From positions 1-64,000 of the forward strand of contig JYFJ02001846.1 of NCBI GenBank assembly GCA_000934665.2: a stretch of DNA of 64,000 bases. Direction: 5' to 3'. Under the pieces are notes generated by a model. That model did no database searches, was not told the DNA's origin, and saw only the letters and a program-made list of their open reading frames with translations. Source of the DNA: Catajapyx aquilonaris (taxonomy: Eukaryota). Made by a program: the position numbers and the translations under genes. Positions 1 to 13,084 of this stretch are shown piece after piece (within the stretch, counting starts at the first letter, position 1; every line of letters begins with the position of its first letter).

Positions 1-757
1 CCCTGTCCACACGGGCAGAGAGCCGCGTCCCCAGCATCGTCCTTCAACCGCCGGAAACGGACCAGGTAAGCTCGGAAGGGCCCGTGACCGGAAACCAGTG
101 CCTACTATACGTGCAGGTCAGTCCAGTGAACAAGACCATCCTGATCATTCTTATTGCAGAACCGGAGAGCTAGGTGGGCTACAGCTGTCAGAAGACAATC
201 CAGTTCATGACGGTGCAACGAATCAGGGGTCAATTATCCAGTCACTGCTGTTGGGCAGCGCCTGCCAGAGGTACAACTACCTCACCAGACAGCCGCTCCT
301 CTTGAGCAACGATTACCAGTGAGTTTTACTTTTGGAGTCCCTTACCCAACTATTAATATTCCGCAATCCTTCTCTCCTACTCACGTGACCCACTCCCACC
401 GCAGATGAGGAAGCTTGCCGGATGGGCGGCATTATCACACAACTGAAGTTCCACGTGCCAGAAGCCTGAGCCCTAAGTGTCCAACGAGCCCTGGGTGTCC
501 AGCAGGCCAAGGTGCAACGGGAGTTTTGTCTCATTTTGAACGTAAACGGCGAAAAATGAGTGTGAATCTACGATCAACAAACATTGTTGTGGGAAAGGAA
601 GTGAACCCGGGTGAGATTGTTCCAGAAGTGATGGACCATGATGATGACACTTCTGGTGGTGACGACGGAGTTGGTGAGGCTTCTGGTGGTCAGCTAGCCC
701 ACCAGCGGACAGGTCCAAGGAAGCAGGTACAAAGCACCAACACTTTGTGATCAAGCT

Positions 758-1558
758 TTGGACGTAATGTCAGCAACATTGACTGGTAAGGCGTTTTTGG
801 CTAGTTTGGCAAACAAAAAGACAACAGCCGGTAAGTGGGATGCATTACTTACAGCAAGGGATGAGGCACTCAGGTGTATGTTTGTTAATGCACGTGCAAA
901 TGGATGTGAGCCACCTAGCGCAGTGTTGTTGCGAACACAGTTCTTGGGGCCGGAAGCCGCAGAAGACGGGTGTCCAGTCCGCCCTGGTGGGCCATACGTT
1001 TGTGGAGAGAGACTACCCGTTCACCCGGACGGCGGTGGCCCGGTTTATCGGCAAGGATCTCCCTTGCTCCCCCCCCCCNCCCCCAAAGAAGGTACCCAGC
1101 CGGCGGGAACGAGCTACCGGCCCGCGGAAGAGGAGGAGGAGGTCGACGCTGGACCTAGCCCACTTCTTGTCCCGGTGGGGCCGGAGGAGCCCCTGGTGCA
1201 TAATTTGGCACCGGGGGCTTATCTGAAGTGGAGGAAGACGCAGCAGTTCGCAGCCAGGAAGAGGATGGAAGAAGAGAGGAGCCTGGAGGAGCAAGAGGAA
1301 CAGAAGGCATCTCTTGCCTTGTTGGGCATCCCCACAGGAGGATCGGACATCACCCCGGACATGCTGTTCGGCCAGGTGACTAGCGTGGCGTTACAGCTCA
1401 GGATGGAGGTGCACCGGCTGCGGGAGTTGACTGAGGGTAGGAAGCAGCCACCGCCTACTCCGGGCCGGTTCTTGGAAGAGGTCCGGAGGAACGGACTGGA
1501 AGAGGAGGACCGGATGGATGAGCTGGAAGAGGAGGACATCCTCAGTGACGTGCAGTGA
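758..1558 (+). CDS. Unassigned 266-aa ORF (Pro-rich middle, acidic/coiled-coil C-terminus); probably element-derived, possibly a chimera of two fragments
   Basis: Long open frame in a GC-rich block with an overlapping +strand ORF (840-1226); no recognisable domain. Confidence 0.25.
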   Translation: MDVMSATLTGKAFLASLANKKTTAGKWDALLTARDEALRCMFVNARANGCEPPSAVLLRTQFLGPEAAEDGCPVRPGGPYVCGERLPVHPDGGGPVYRQGSPLLPPPXPKEGTQPAGTSYRPAEEEEEVDAGPSPLLVPVGPEEPLVHNLAPGAYLKWRKTQQFAARKRMEEERSLEEQEEQKASLALLGIPTGGSDITPDMLFGQVTSVALQLRMEVHRLRELTEGRKQPPPTPGRFLEEVRRNGLEEEDRMDELEEEDILSDVQ

Positions 1559-2334
1559 ACTGTGTGGCGTTTCAGGAAAAAAAAAAAAACGAAAAGGAAA
1601 ACCAATGGGGGGACGGGCCGGTGGCGCTTGTAGTGCCGTGTTTTTATCTCATGCTTGAGTGTCCAAAAAGTGTTTTTCGGACTTGTATTGGTAGGGGGGA
1701 TTATCAGGATGGGGGGCTCATAAGAAAGTGGATGTGGCGCCGCGGCGGTTGGCTGCGTGCGCAGGGCCTTCCCCCCATCCTGATGGTTCTCCTCCCCCAG
1801 GAGCTGTTGTATCCTCACCAGGAGGAAAAAGGGGAGTTGTCGGCCGGGCTCGGAGGGAGCCGGTCGGATGTATTTTGTGGAGCATGCCAGCTGCACTTGT
1901 TGTGGAAAATATACTGTGGTCCCTTAATCTGGATCTGTTTTAGTAGATAGAACCCTTTTACAGGAGCTAGCCGGCCAGGCCCATGCAATGGGTCCGATAA
2001 AGACGATGTTGATGATCTCTTTGATCATCAAGAGGATGTAGGGAATGATGTCATTAATAATTTGAATGAAGTAGTACCACATGTTGACCAAGTACTGGGA
2101 AGAAACATGCGTGCTCAATTGATGGGCGAATTGTGGAACAGGAGGCGAGGGTAATAAAAATACATTATCCTTGTTGAGCAGAAAGTTAACTCCAGAAGCC
2201 CATGATCTAGCTCAAGTTGTTTCAATATTTAAGGCATGTTGAGCAGGCCCACAGGGATCTTGTGGTTGGGGTAGCCGCTCGCGGACCCTGAACCAATCCG
2301 AACCAACACCAGCTCCTTCTACAGCACCACATAA

Positions 2335-2852
2335 AGGCCCGTTTACACGATGACTTTCCTAACGTTTGTACTTTACGCGACTTTCCTAACCGTTCCTAAC
2401 GCAAGTCCCTACCCTCCACACGACCACTTTGATAACGTTCGTACCGTGGTTCGTACTTATGGAAGTGGGCCGTTAGTAGCCAAGCTGCAATTCCGCCGAC
2501 AGGCAAAGATGGAGGCCGCCGACGAAGATGAGTTGCTGCTGCAAATGCAACAGATCGTCCTCCTGATGATGGTCAACGCCCAACTCCGTTTGGCTAGACG
2601 CAGAGAGAAGCGTCGACCACGGAGGTGGTAGGTGAAGGAGATTTACATCGATCGTCAGAAGGAAGGCGATTTCCACACCCTCTTGGTCAAGATGAGGCGT
2701 TGCGGGGATCGAGAGTCTTTTAAAACCTACACAAGGCTGAGCCCGGAGCAGTTTGACGACCTCGTCAGACGTGTGGAGCCTCTCATTTCCAAGGAGACGA
2801 CAGTGATGAGTAGGCCGATTTCAGCAGCGGAGAGGTTGGCGGTCACACTCAG
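2335..2852 (+). mobile_element. PIF/Harbinger transposon 5' end with pseudogenised transposase exon 1
   Basis: TAA then AGGCCCGTTTACAC terminus at 2335; ATG 2509 ...RRPRRW*VKEIYIDRQKEGDFHTL...FKTYTRLSPEQFDDLVRRVEPLISKETTVMSRPISAAERLAVTLR then GT donor at 2853; internal TAG. Confidence 0.85.
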
Positions 2853-4249
2853 GTATAGTAACCAATATGCAATGCACCCGCAGCGTGGAAATATATTTAT
2901 CATCATAAATTAATGCATGCAATGAAAACACTAGCCACTAGGCCACATAAAGAAGGAGTCACTGCAGTTACAACCTTGTATAAAAGTGGGATTTAGGCTG
3001 TGTGCGGCATATTGCCCTTGGAAACGGAACAGTTGGTGAAGTGTGAAGAAGAAAATGGACTTAGAAGTGAAAGTATTGGCCGAAAATTCACGACCTAAAC
3101 CTCGACGTGTCAAGCTGAAGGCTCCTGACGTGCCAGCCAGCCATGGTTGAGACCAGAAGCGGGCGTGTTGTCCGACCAAGACAGATATTAAACTTGTAAA
3201 CCCTAATTCAAATACCATTAACCGGGGATGGTTTCCTGGATTTAAGGTAGTGTACAACAGGAGGCAACACATTCTCAACTTTGCTACCAGTTTTATCAGC
3301 ATGAATGAATATGGAGTAGTTTTCCATACTGGCCAAATAAACCTAATCTAGACTTTGAGTTAGGCCCACTCGAAATAAGGATGGCCATCTCGGTCTACAT
3401 TTGTACAGCCAGGAACAATTCTAATGCATGAGGTCCTTTGTGTGCAGTTACAGGACGGATAGTGATGGACCCCCACCTAAGAAGAAGAGGAAGAAGCTCC
3501 TAAGAGGAACTGTGCTGGAAAGGATACATGAGGCGAATGTCAAAATGATGACCAATCAAATGAAGCAAACGGAACGACACCATGCGGCCAACCAGAAAAT
3601 TATGGGGCCAACTTGTTGATGTCTTATCCCAACTCGTGCCCGCTACTAGGAAGGACCCATAAAGTATACTGTTTGTTTAGGTGAATCAAATGAAACTCGT
3701 TTGGGGCGACTGGAGAGGATACTGCTGAATGCAGGGACTTTTGATTTTTTTACCACAGCAAGTTAGTATAAATACCTCCTAAATGCATGAGTAAGAGTCT
3801 GCACCAGCAGCCTATCAGAGATGGCGTGCGCTGTTTGGAGAGTGCCCAAGCGGGATCAGCGCTTCAATTTCTGACTCTTTGCATTCAATTGCATATTTGC
3901 ACAGAAATTCTCTTCATTCGTTCATTTACTTTTGTTAACACTTGTTATAATGTCTACTAGGGCCTTTGCGTCATGGTTGCCATGGAACAGCCCAGGAAAA
4001 TGCCTCATATTAACATTTTCATTTCAGAAACAACTTCCCAGCCATTTATCGCCTGACCTCTTTCCCTCATTGGGTACAAAAGTTGCTGGGAGTAGGGACT
4101 CCTCACCTGAGGGATAAGCTATGTGGCAATCTGACTAAGCCTAATGTACGTATACATTGCACTGTTCACTGGCAGAGTGCCAAGGATTTTTGTCATTGAA
4201 TTCTAACACTGCGGTTCGATATTTCAAGGCTACCTGGATCAAGAGATTG

Positions 4250-5636
4250 GCGGACAAATTAAAAAAATTTAGATCAAGAGATGGAGATTTGACCAGCAAC
4301 AATGAAGTTGCTGCCATGAAAAAGAAGTAGGGGGGAAAAAGGCCAAGCCTATTGAGTCAATTGTGGGAAATGAATATATCTCTTACATTCCTATCAGTCA
4401 GACATTAGGATCTGTACTGGCAAAAAAACAGATGTTCTTGGCCACATTCTAAAGCCTAAGGAGAGTGCTATCACACTGAGTGACTACAAGGATGGAAGTT
4501 TATACCAAAAGAGTGAGACATATCGGAGTGATTCTCCGTGCATAACTTTGCAGCTCTACACGGATGAATATAGCCAACCCCGTTGGTCCCAAGAGAGAAA
4601 GAAAAAAAAACACAAACTAACAGGTGTTTACTTCACTACTGGCAACCTTCCTCCAAAATACAGATCAAAACTGAAGTACATTTTCTTGGCCCTGCCAGAG
4701 TGCTTTTCAAAAACATATGAAGTGATAGGATCAGCTTCTCAGAAATGGTGCCTTTTTTCTGTTGCTTCCTTTCTTGTGCCCACTTAGTTCCTGCAAAGAA
4801 TTGGACAATGTGTATTCATTGGCCAGGGATATGTTGTGTTACATACTAAAGTGGACCCAAACTGCCTGGCATATTTGGACATGCCCATCTCAAACTTTCT
4901 GAAGGCTGTGCGTGACACACTCCCAACATTTCGCCTCACATCCAAGTTCCACCATCTAATCCACTACCCTAGAGCATTGATGATGTATGGCCCCTTGAAA
5001 CACCAGTGGTGCATGCGCTTTGAAGGAAAGCACCAGTATTTTAAGTCACTCCCCCAGCATTTGAATAATTTCATCAAACTCCCAAAACGTTTGGCCACAA
5101 GGCATCAGATGCTGCAATGTTAATCAGTTGAGTTCTGATGAATTTCTGGGTGAGGAATTGCAACTGCCATCAACAGGAAAACATGTACAGATATCATCAC
5201 TTCCCCTCTATTACCCCTGAAAGTCTCTACAGAGTCACATGGGAGTCACAGGCACCTGAGCCTCCAGCTCCAGCTGTACCCCCAGTTGCAGTTCCACCTC
5301 CACCCCCAGCTGCAGATCCAGCACCACCCCCACAGGCACCCCCACAACCTCCAGCAGCAGAGGGGCCGGTGAGTAAACATGAATTAACACAACCTTGGTT
5401 GCTCCCACGTGATCGTTTATGTAAACATGTTCCCTCAGTACAGGGTGCCCGTAAAGTCTACCGCCCTTAAAATTTCGCACATAGCTGCAACATCTTCCTG
5501 TCACATTGATTTACTTGGCCAACTTTTGAAAACCACAAAAATCAATAAGGGATACAACTGTTATGAAGTGTCAGACATGGGCACAATGTCAATTCACCCA
5601 GGCACTGAAATGGACCAAACTTCCCTCTCACTATGA
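4250..5636 (+). pseudogene. CACTA/EnSpm-like transposase remnant, interrupted by a Pro-rich exon fragment (~5242-5375)
   Basis: LQLYTDE...KKHKLTGVYFTTGNLPPKYRSKLKYIFL and TSKFHHLIHYPRALMMYGPLKHQWCMRFEGKHQYFK...LATRHQ motifs; frameshifts and deletions. Confidence 0.85.
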
Positions 5637-6099
5637 CATCACAAGAACTTCACCATTATAGCATTCTGGTTGTTGGTGTTAGACATGGTGGTTCGAAACC
5701 ATCGATGTTTGCCAGTGAAGTACCACAACTATGACGAGTTTGTGGAGGTGATGACCTTCGCAATTGAAAATGCACCGTGCTTTGGCATGATATGATCCCC
5801 AAAGGAGGCATCATCATATCTTATTAATAAAGAAGAAAGTTTCCACATTTAAAAAAATATTTGTCGTGTTTCAAAATTTGTGGCAACTGTCATCATTTGA
5901 CTTGTAATTGGTATTGTCATCAACATTCATATAATAAAGTTTTCATATCAGTACATCTAACAGTTGAAGTGCTATATAGCCTTGGAACTTTAGCACACCC
6001 TCCTGAAAAATCATGTTCGATTGTGATCCGCCCTTCTTCCCGGGACCCACTCATTTCAGTGCTGCGACTGATGCTGCCAATGAGCCGGTTTTGGAAGCC

Positions 6100-6990
6100 C
6101 TGGCCACGACGGTGCAGCAAGTTAGTGGCACCAGAGTGGTCGTAAACAGGAGCCAGATGTTACAAAGCTATTATGGACAGCTTCGGGCAGGAGCGGTTGG
6201 ACCCTGAGAAACTAATTTATGTAATATTTGCAGGTCACCAACGTTGGCCGATGTGGTCGAGTTCATTGAGAAGGTATTGTACGGGTATAATATCATTACA
6301 CTTTGTCCTTGACATATGTAGGCTGAATTTAATTTTTGTAAAATTGCTCATATATGTATCAAAATAATGTGCTCAAAGGTCATTGGGCCTGGATTTATAT
6401 TGTTCAAGACATCACATCTCTTTCAGTTATCAGGGGTTAATACCGAAGATGAGTACCAGGCAATGGTCCAAAGTCAAGAGGGTGTCAGACAACTGGAGGA
6501 GTCCGGGTGCCTATCGCCTACAAACTTGGGTACTCGGGGCCTATTGGTGCAAGACATCATTAACTTCCAGGCATGTGCAAGGACTAGCACTGTCCTGAAG
6601 CAGTAAGTGGTGATGCACAGATAGTACAATATAAGCAAGTGCTGCGGGGAATTTCAAAATGGGGAGAAATTATATGGTGCAAGTCTTAAGTGAACGGCCC
6701 CATGTTCGCCGTTGGATTCAGCATGATGCTATACTGTCCTATCAGCATTTATTGCAGAACTATAATTTCATTATGGGTCACCTTTCAGACTGACACAGGG
6801 TTTGGAAACCCTTGGCCTACTAGACATGACGCAGAAGAATTCTGTGACTTTCCAACCGATCACAGCAGACCGATTGATGAGATTATTTCAACCAGTGAGA
6901 TCGGAGATTGGGAGCAATGAGTTCAACAACGAAAATACTCTTGCGCACTGGTATAAGTTCCTAGACACCGTGGAACCGACTGACTGTGAG
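6100..6990 (+). pseudogene. HECT (G2E3-like) domain fragments with introns, of the kind carried by animal CACTA elements
   Basis: VVVNRSQM...DPEKLIYVIFAG, GLETLGLLD, LFQPVRSEIGSNEFNNENTLAHWYKFL segments separated by GT-AG introns; adjacent to the EnSpm remnant. Confidence 0.45.
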
Positions 6991-7279
6991 TGGCAGATGA
7001 CCGAAGCTCAACCACCCAAGACTCGAACAAAAAAAAAGAAGCGTGTAATTTTCTGGAAGTGAGGGGATGGCAGACACTCCCATCGTAAATGCACGCCGAC
7101 GTCTGAACTTTGAGAGTACTAATGACATCCAGGCAGCAGTTGTAGTTGCAGAGGAGGAGACGAGAATCCAAGAACGGGCCGGACGGAGAAGATGAGTGAG
7201 AATGTCCTTCACACCCGGACCTTCCTGGGGGTGGAATCACGATTTACACTGCCCTTGCACCTGATTTAAGCAGCGTATC

Positions 7280-7575
7280 TCCGGAGGTTGCTTGCCTATG
7301 GAGCAATTTCTCAAGTCACACAGAGACCACTGCACTGCAAACTGCGAAGGTCCAGCTGGTGGAATGGAGCCTAGGGGTATGGTCAAAATATTTGGTCGCC
7401 CAGAAGAACAATACGAGGTACAGTATAACTCATACATAGGTGACGGTGATACTACAACAGTTGGAGCGTTAAAAGCCTCCAATCCTTACACTGGTATTGT
7501 CATCAAGAAAATAGAATGTACAGGCCATGTTCAAAAGAGAATGGGAGGGCGGCATATAAAACTGAAGAAGCAGTT
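7280..7575 (+). pseudogene. Mutator-like DDE transposase core fragment (Kolobok-type elements)
   Basis: HCTANCEGPAGGMEPRGMVKIFGR...YNSYIGDGDTTT...NPY...KKIECTGHVQKRMG. Confidence 0.8.
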
Positions 7576-7729
7576 AGAGCAGAACTCTTGCAAACATTGT
7601 GGACACCACCAACACTGCAATTGGATACACAGAACCTGAGATACACGCTGAGTTGTAGGGAGCTGTTTGTGAAACTCCTTCATTTTCAACGACGCCTCAG
7701 CCTGTGACCTTTGATCCCGAGGTTAATCG

Positions 7730-7957
7730 ACAAATTCACTCAGTCTTCATGAAGAGAGAAACCACCAAATTCATTCATATATAAAAAAAATTGAAGGTGT
7801 TTTTGTTGCCTGATTTGCCATGGAATTACTCAGCAGTCAAAACAGTGAACAAGTCAAGAGTGGTTCTCACTCAAATAGACTGCGTTGCATTCCAAGTGGG
7901 GAAAAAGAGTGAATCACTCACATAGAGCGGAAAACCACTCAAATTTTTTTTAGAGCG
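7730..7957. mobile_element. Probable CACTA-type right terminus with CACTCA subterminal repeats
   Basis: Ends AAATTTTTTTTAGAGCG (rc CGCTCTAAAAAAAA, close to CACTCTAAAA); several CACTCA motifs upstream. Confidence 0.4.
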
Positions 7958-8189
7958 TAGTGCCTTTAAAATGTTTACATATTCACAGTGTGTAATACTG
8001 ATATGGGTTATCTACTTGTTCTGAAGTTGTGCCCATAGGCTTTAATTTGAGACTATTAGGAGCTGTGTGAAGGACAAAGGATATTTATTGCCTAAAACGG
8101 TGCTCATGACTTAATGTTTTCAATGTGCAGAAAATCGACATGAACTTTTGAAGGCATCCGTTGTTCTTCCAATGGGACAAAGTTTGTGT

Positions 8190-8330
8190 GGTGTATTTCA
8201 TTTACGTGTTCTTGTATCTGAGACGCCCAAGTACGAGTATAAGCACAACATCCTTATGGCTGATCTGAACGGGAACGACAAACAAACCTATGCAGCCTGC
8301 GATAGGATGTGCTCTTAAGGTGCTCTTATG
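8190..8330 (+). pseudogene. Possible P-element/THAP9-like transposase fragment
   Basis: HLRVLVSETPKYEYKHNILMADLNGNDKQTYAAC resembles the D-L-x-x-x-D-K-Q-N region. Confidence 0.35.
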
Positions 8331-8689
8331 CTCTGAAGACTTAAAATATTTGAGTAAAAATTTCACTCAAACAAAACCTATTTATTAACTAAGCTTCTCA
8401 GAGAGTATACGAACAAGTGTGTAACCATTACAACACTCCGTTTAGTAGAGAAAAGCAAGGGACTTGCCAGTAACAATAATATAGCCTACGTAGATTGTTA
8501 TATGTCTCCTTGAGACTAGCTAAATACCAAAATGCAGCGACACAATGGTGGAACAGGTACTCGTACAATACTGTACACTGAACATATAATAACAGAATAG
8601 AAAGATCACGTGACAATATCCTCATTCTCTCCCACACTTATTGTAACGCATTTGTAATTAGTAAGCCAACCTTATTTGTAGCCTACTTA

Positions 8690-8752
8690 ACAGACCTCGG
8701 TTATAACTGGTTTCTGCGGTCCCTTGAAATCTGTTATATCCGGATTCACCTG
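8690..8752. mobile_element. pogo/Tigger-like MITE terminus
   Basis: ...GTTATATCCGGATTCACCTG followed by TA; internal GTTATAAC repeats. Confidence 0.55.
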
Positions 8753-8854
8753 TATGTAGATAAAATGCATCAACAAAATGATCAGTAATGTGTCCTCTCT
8801 ATAGTGTATCTCCAGACAGTCATTCAGTTGACAAGGTGGTAATCAGAGAGGGTG

Positions 8855-9210
8855 AGATATTACTCTAGCCATCATTCTGCCACTCACAGTCAGTCGGTTT
8901 CTACAAACCGAAAGCATCAACTTAAGTGAAGCTCTGGCATCGACCGTGGACGTGCAGCAGATGTGCAGCCAAGCCAAGGAAGTGTTTGAAAGCATCTTCA
9001 CACAAGTGGAAAGGTGCTGCAAAGATCTCGGCGTTGTCAAGAGCATTCCACGGCGAATAGCACATCAAACCCAACGATGCAACATTCAGTCTCTCCACAA
9101 GAGTATTACCGATTAGCTGTTTTTATTCATTTTCTGGACAATATCATAAGCCAAGTGAACGAGAGATTCCTCAAACACAAAGATATTCTTCAAAGCTTCA
9201 CGTGTTCCTG
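8855..9210 (+). pseudogene. hAT (ZMYM1/THAP12-like) transposase fragment
   Basis: LPLTVSRFLQTESINLSEA...EVFESIF and EYYRLAVFIHFLDNIISQVNERF. Confidence 0.75.
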
Positions 9211-9481
9211 TTATAAGTCCGAAAGAGGGTGCCGGACAAGAAGTGGACTGCGGGTCGGTGGGGACGTAACTCTGGCATGCGGACCATCCGTGGGCGCCGT
9301 GGTGTGACCGGCCACTCATGGCGGAGCTGGGGCCCAGCAAGGTACCGAATATCGGCTCCACGCGTCCTTTGCCGGCGCTGAGAGTGAATTGGACCCCGCC
9401 ATCGGGTTACGACTTGGAAGGTGCGAAGAACCCGACGGCCCCGGAGGTGGTCGTCTCGCCCCCCGCTGCTGTTGCCCAGCC

Positions 9482-9660
9482 TGATGATTTTCACAAGCTA
9501 AGTGGTGATGGACAGGGGAAATATCTGTATGCTTGCATGGAAATGGTGCAGCCTGGACGTAGATCTACTACCTCTGTATCACGTCGCCAAAAGACATTCC
9601 TGTACAGTGTGGTGCTAGATGGGAGAAGACAAGCAGTGTTTCTTAAATCACTGTGTGACG
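9482..9660 (+). pseudogene. Sola1 transposase N-terminal fragment
   Basis: FHKLSGDGQGKYLYACMEMVQPGRR...SRRQKTFLYSVVLDGRRQAVFLKSL; truncated by the Harbinger insertion at TTA 9661. Confidence 0.6.
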
Positions 9661-9663
9661 TTA

Positions 9664-11341
9664 AGGTCCATTCTCATATCTGCGAACAGTCGACCTCTCG
9701 CGCTCCTCATCCTACAAGTGCTTGCCCTCCTAGTAGAGGAAAAGCAGCTGTTGGAACAGGCTAAGGAGCGTAGGAAGAAGAGGTTTTGGGTCTATGAACT
9801 CTGGCAGACAAGGAAGCAATCGGGGCAATTCCACAACCATGTAAGTACATAATCATACTTCATAACACCACACACTCAGTGAATGTATGCGGTCGTCCCT
9901 TTTAGATGGAGATCATGAGGAAAACAAGTGCTGGACCTGAATACTTCAGAAGATTTTTGCGAATGCCACCCGAGTTATTCGACTTTCTGACCAACTTGGT
10001 CCATGACAAGCTGATGAAATATCCAAGGAACAGAGAGCCTCTCAGCCCAGGCCACAGATTGGCCATAACCCTGAGGTAATTACTATAGGCATCATGTATT
10101 ATGATTACATTTTACCCAATTTAGAGATTTTAAAATGTGTTATTTTAACGTTACAATTTAGATTCCTTGCTACTGGTGGTAGTTTTACCACCCTTGCATT
10201 TGCATTTTGTGTGGGCATAACCACAGTATACAATGTCATAAAGGAGACATGCAAGGCATTGTGGGCCTTGCTGCAACCCCTCTACCTCCCAGTAAGTTGA
10301 CATTCAATGCATTGCTTATTTATACACTCTCACTGATAGCAATAATGTGAATCGCTTGCATTGCGTAGCAGCTAACCAAAGAAGACTGGGCCGATGCTGC
10401 TACGGATTTTTGTGACAGATGGCAATTTCCACTCTGCTGTGGGGCTGTCGATGGGAAGCACGTGGTCCTGGAACAGCCCCGGAACTACACAGTTAGTGAT
10501 ATTACTAGTGTTAATTTTTACTTACACTCTGATTCATGTGCTCAATGTGGTCATTATTTTATTCCAGAAAACAGACTCCATTGTTTTGATGGACATCGTG
10601 GACGCAAATTATAAATTTATGATAGTGGACATTGGCAACTACGGTTGCCGATCGGATGGAGCGGTGTTCAAGACGTCACCTCTGGGCCAGAAGTTGGAAG
10701 ATGGGAGTCTGGAACTACCAGAAATGGCGGTGCTGCCAAGAACAAGCACCAAGCTCCCCCATGTGCTTGTCGGAGACGCCGCATTCCAGCTGAAGCCAAA
10801 CTTTATGCGGCCTTTTCCCGACAGTGACAGCACAACATCCGCAGAGCGGTTGTTCAATTATCGTCTAACGACTCTAAGCAGAGCAAGGTATGATTTGCCA
10901 CACCCCTAACCTTACTCCCTGCTGTTGTGGCACATACCTACTATCACTAAGGTATATGTAGCCATTCAATTGCTATCTTCCAATAGGCGATGCAGTGAAA
11001 ACGCTTTCAGCATCGCTGCGCAACAGTGGAGGGTGTTCAGGAAGCCTATTTCTCTGGCCCCCAAGAATGCAGATTTGGTGATAGGGGCATGTGTTGTTTC
11101 GCACAACTTCCTACTGACGGAGGAAAGTCTGCCTAGAAGGGCCAAGTATTACTGCCCAAGTGGCTTTGCCGACTCAGTGGGTCCCGATGGCGCATTGATC
11201 GAAGGACAGTGGCGGACTGCGGGAGCACAAGATTCAAGCACCACTATCTTCCGCAGCATGATGCCAAGCCATGCAAAAAAAAAAAAACTACACTTCAGCT
11301 GCACGAGGTCTCTGCTCGAGTGTATTGATGTGCAGGAGTAA
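9664..11341 (+). mobile_element. PIF/Harbinger element with near-complete six-exon DDE transposase gene
   Basis: TTA|AGGTCCATTCTCATA terminus. Exons ~9690-9840, 9906-10075, 10162-10291, 10369/72-10491, 10568-10887, 10987-11341 splice in phase through GT-AG introns. Motifs RFWV, RLAITLRFLATG, GAVDGKH, RSDGAVF, VGDAAF, FNYRL..SRARRCSENAF, HNFL. Confidence 0.9.
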
Positions 11342-12371
11342 AATAATGAAGGTGAATGTGAGGTTACTGTGTTTGTATTTGTACATTAGGATGATGTTTA
11401 AAACATTCCACAGGTGTTGACAGTCTGTTTATGGAAAAAGGTTGTATCATCATCATGATGATCCAACATTATTCCATTGTGAGGATCATATTTAAGTAAT
11501 AACTAACTAAATAATGTAAGTATGAAACAGGAAAATTGATTAATGTAATCCTTTGTTCAAACAAATTCGGAAAATAAATTTACAGTTCCCTCAGAACAGC
11601 AACCCACCAGATGACACAGCTGAGCAAGACAGCGACGACGATAGCACTGGAATAAGTGTCTGAAAAGTTAGGAGGACCTCAGCATTGTAGCGCAATCCCT
11701 GTGACTGCACCACACGCAGTTACAACCACTGCAGCACAAGTTGATTCCTCTTCTCAAGCATCTGCACCTTTGCAAGATATATCTCAAAACTCCAATTCCA
11801 TTTACACCGAAAGTACCCCACAATACAGATATTGATGTAGTATTTTTCAAAGTAGGAACTTATCATTTGAGATGCTCAGATTTTAAAACACTATAATCAC
11901 GAAGAAACAACATGATATGGTAGTAATATTATATATGAGGAGGAAGTTGCATTCTGCAGTGGACGGTGTCCTCCGTCATTATGTGCTTCACCGGCTTGTA
12001 CTTGAGACTTGCGATCAGGAGACTGCGTCTCCTTCAGCAATCGAAACTGCTCGCAAACTGCCTGCTTCTCCATTGCTGTCCACTGCAGTACACTCACTGG
12101 TAGTGCAAGAAAGGCTGCCTCATAATCTTCAGGGAACGTGCCTCCTCAACCTCAAGACCTCGGCCGCCATCGACATCGACTGCGGGCATACTGGAGATCC
12201 GATGTACTCCGACGACCCCCTGACACCCGAGCGTCCCGTGTCCCATGTTGGGAGGCGCGGGCCAGGACGTCCCAAGAAAAAGCATCGTGACCGCCCTAAG
12301 ACCTCTGCAAAATCGGTCAAGGAGCAGGCGGCTGACGCTAGGCGCCGCTATCATGAAAACAATCCTGACCC

Positions 12372-12660
12372 GGTGATCATTGGATTCTTTTCCTTTGCAT
12401 ATCTAAGGCAACACCCCCTACATTTGAGTTTTATGATCCAATGGGACCTCAACGACCTACTACGCAAATTCAGGTCCTGAAGAACAAGTTGATTCAGGCA
12501 TCGAAATATATTCCGGAATTTGCATCTATCGATTTCACTAATGTAGATCACAACCGACGGAATCAATAGATGGACTGTGGCCCACTTGTGTGTCATTATG
12601 CGGAAAGTGTAATTAGTGGTTCTGAAGCTAATTTTTCTCCTGCTTTTTGTAGACATATTT
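12372..12660 (+). pseudogene. Ulp1/C48-type cysteine protease domain remnant (transposon accessory)
   Basis: One frame reads GDHWILFLCISKATPPTFEFYDPMG...NRRNQ*MDCGPLVCHYAE: H-D-C triad order with one internal stop. Confidence 0.7.
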
Positions 12661-13084
12661 CTGATTCCTTCAGCCAGAATTATTGTTCAAATACTGTGCA
12701 GGCAAGTGTGGTACCAAAACCAGCATCTGTGGTAACTGCAGAAGTCCAAGGCGACACACTTATTCCCTTGATGGCTTATAATAGTTGGCTGGCTACAGGA
12801 CAATGGGTTCATAGTCGTTCCCAGATTATGTTACCTAATGTTCATTCATTTTTTCTACAAACACATGTGGAAGGAAAACTTGTTGCTAGGCAGTAAAGCA
12901 GTGGCCGTCCCATGCCTCCTACCTTATGCAGGGGGGGAAAAATCATGCCGCTGGTACAACAAGATTTTTTTCCAGAGAAAACAGTTGTTGCGTCTTGTCG
13001 TACGGGAACAGCGCAGCGTCCAGACATGGCCCAGGTACAATAACAGTACTCGCAAGGCCTAGAACTTTGAATCTATTTTTTTCA

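Noticed and set aside
1219..1896. 225-aa minus-strand ORF
   Set aside because: Antisense shadow of the GC-rich/acidic + strand ORF and poly-A tract
3200..3300. Polinton/Maverick polymerase C-terminus (FKVVYNRRQ)
   Set aside because: The motif is too short to support an assignment without a search
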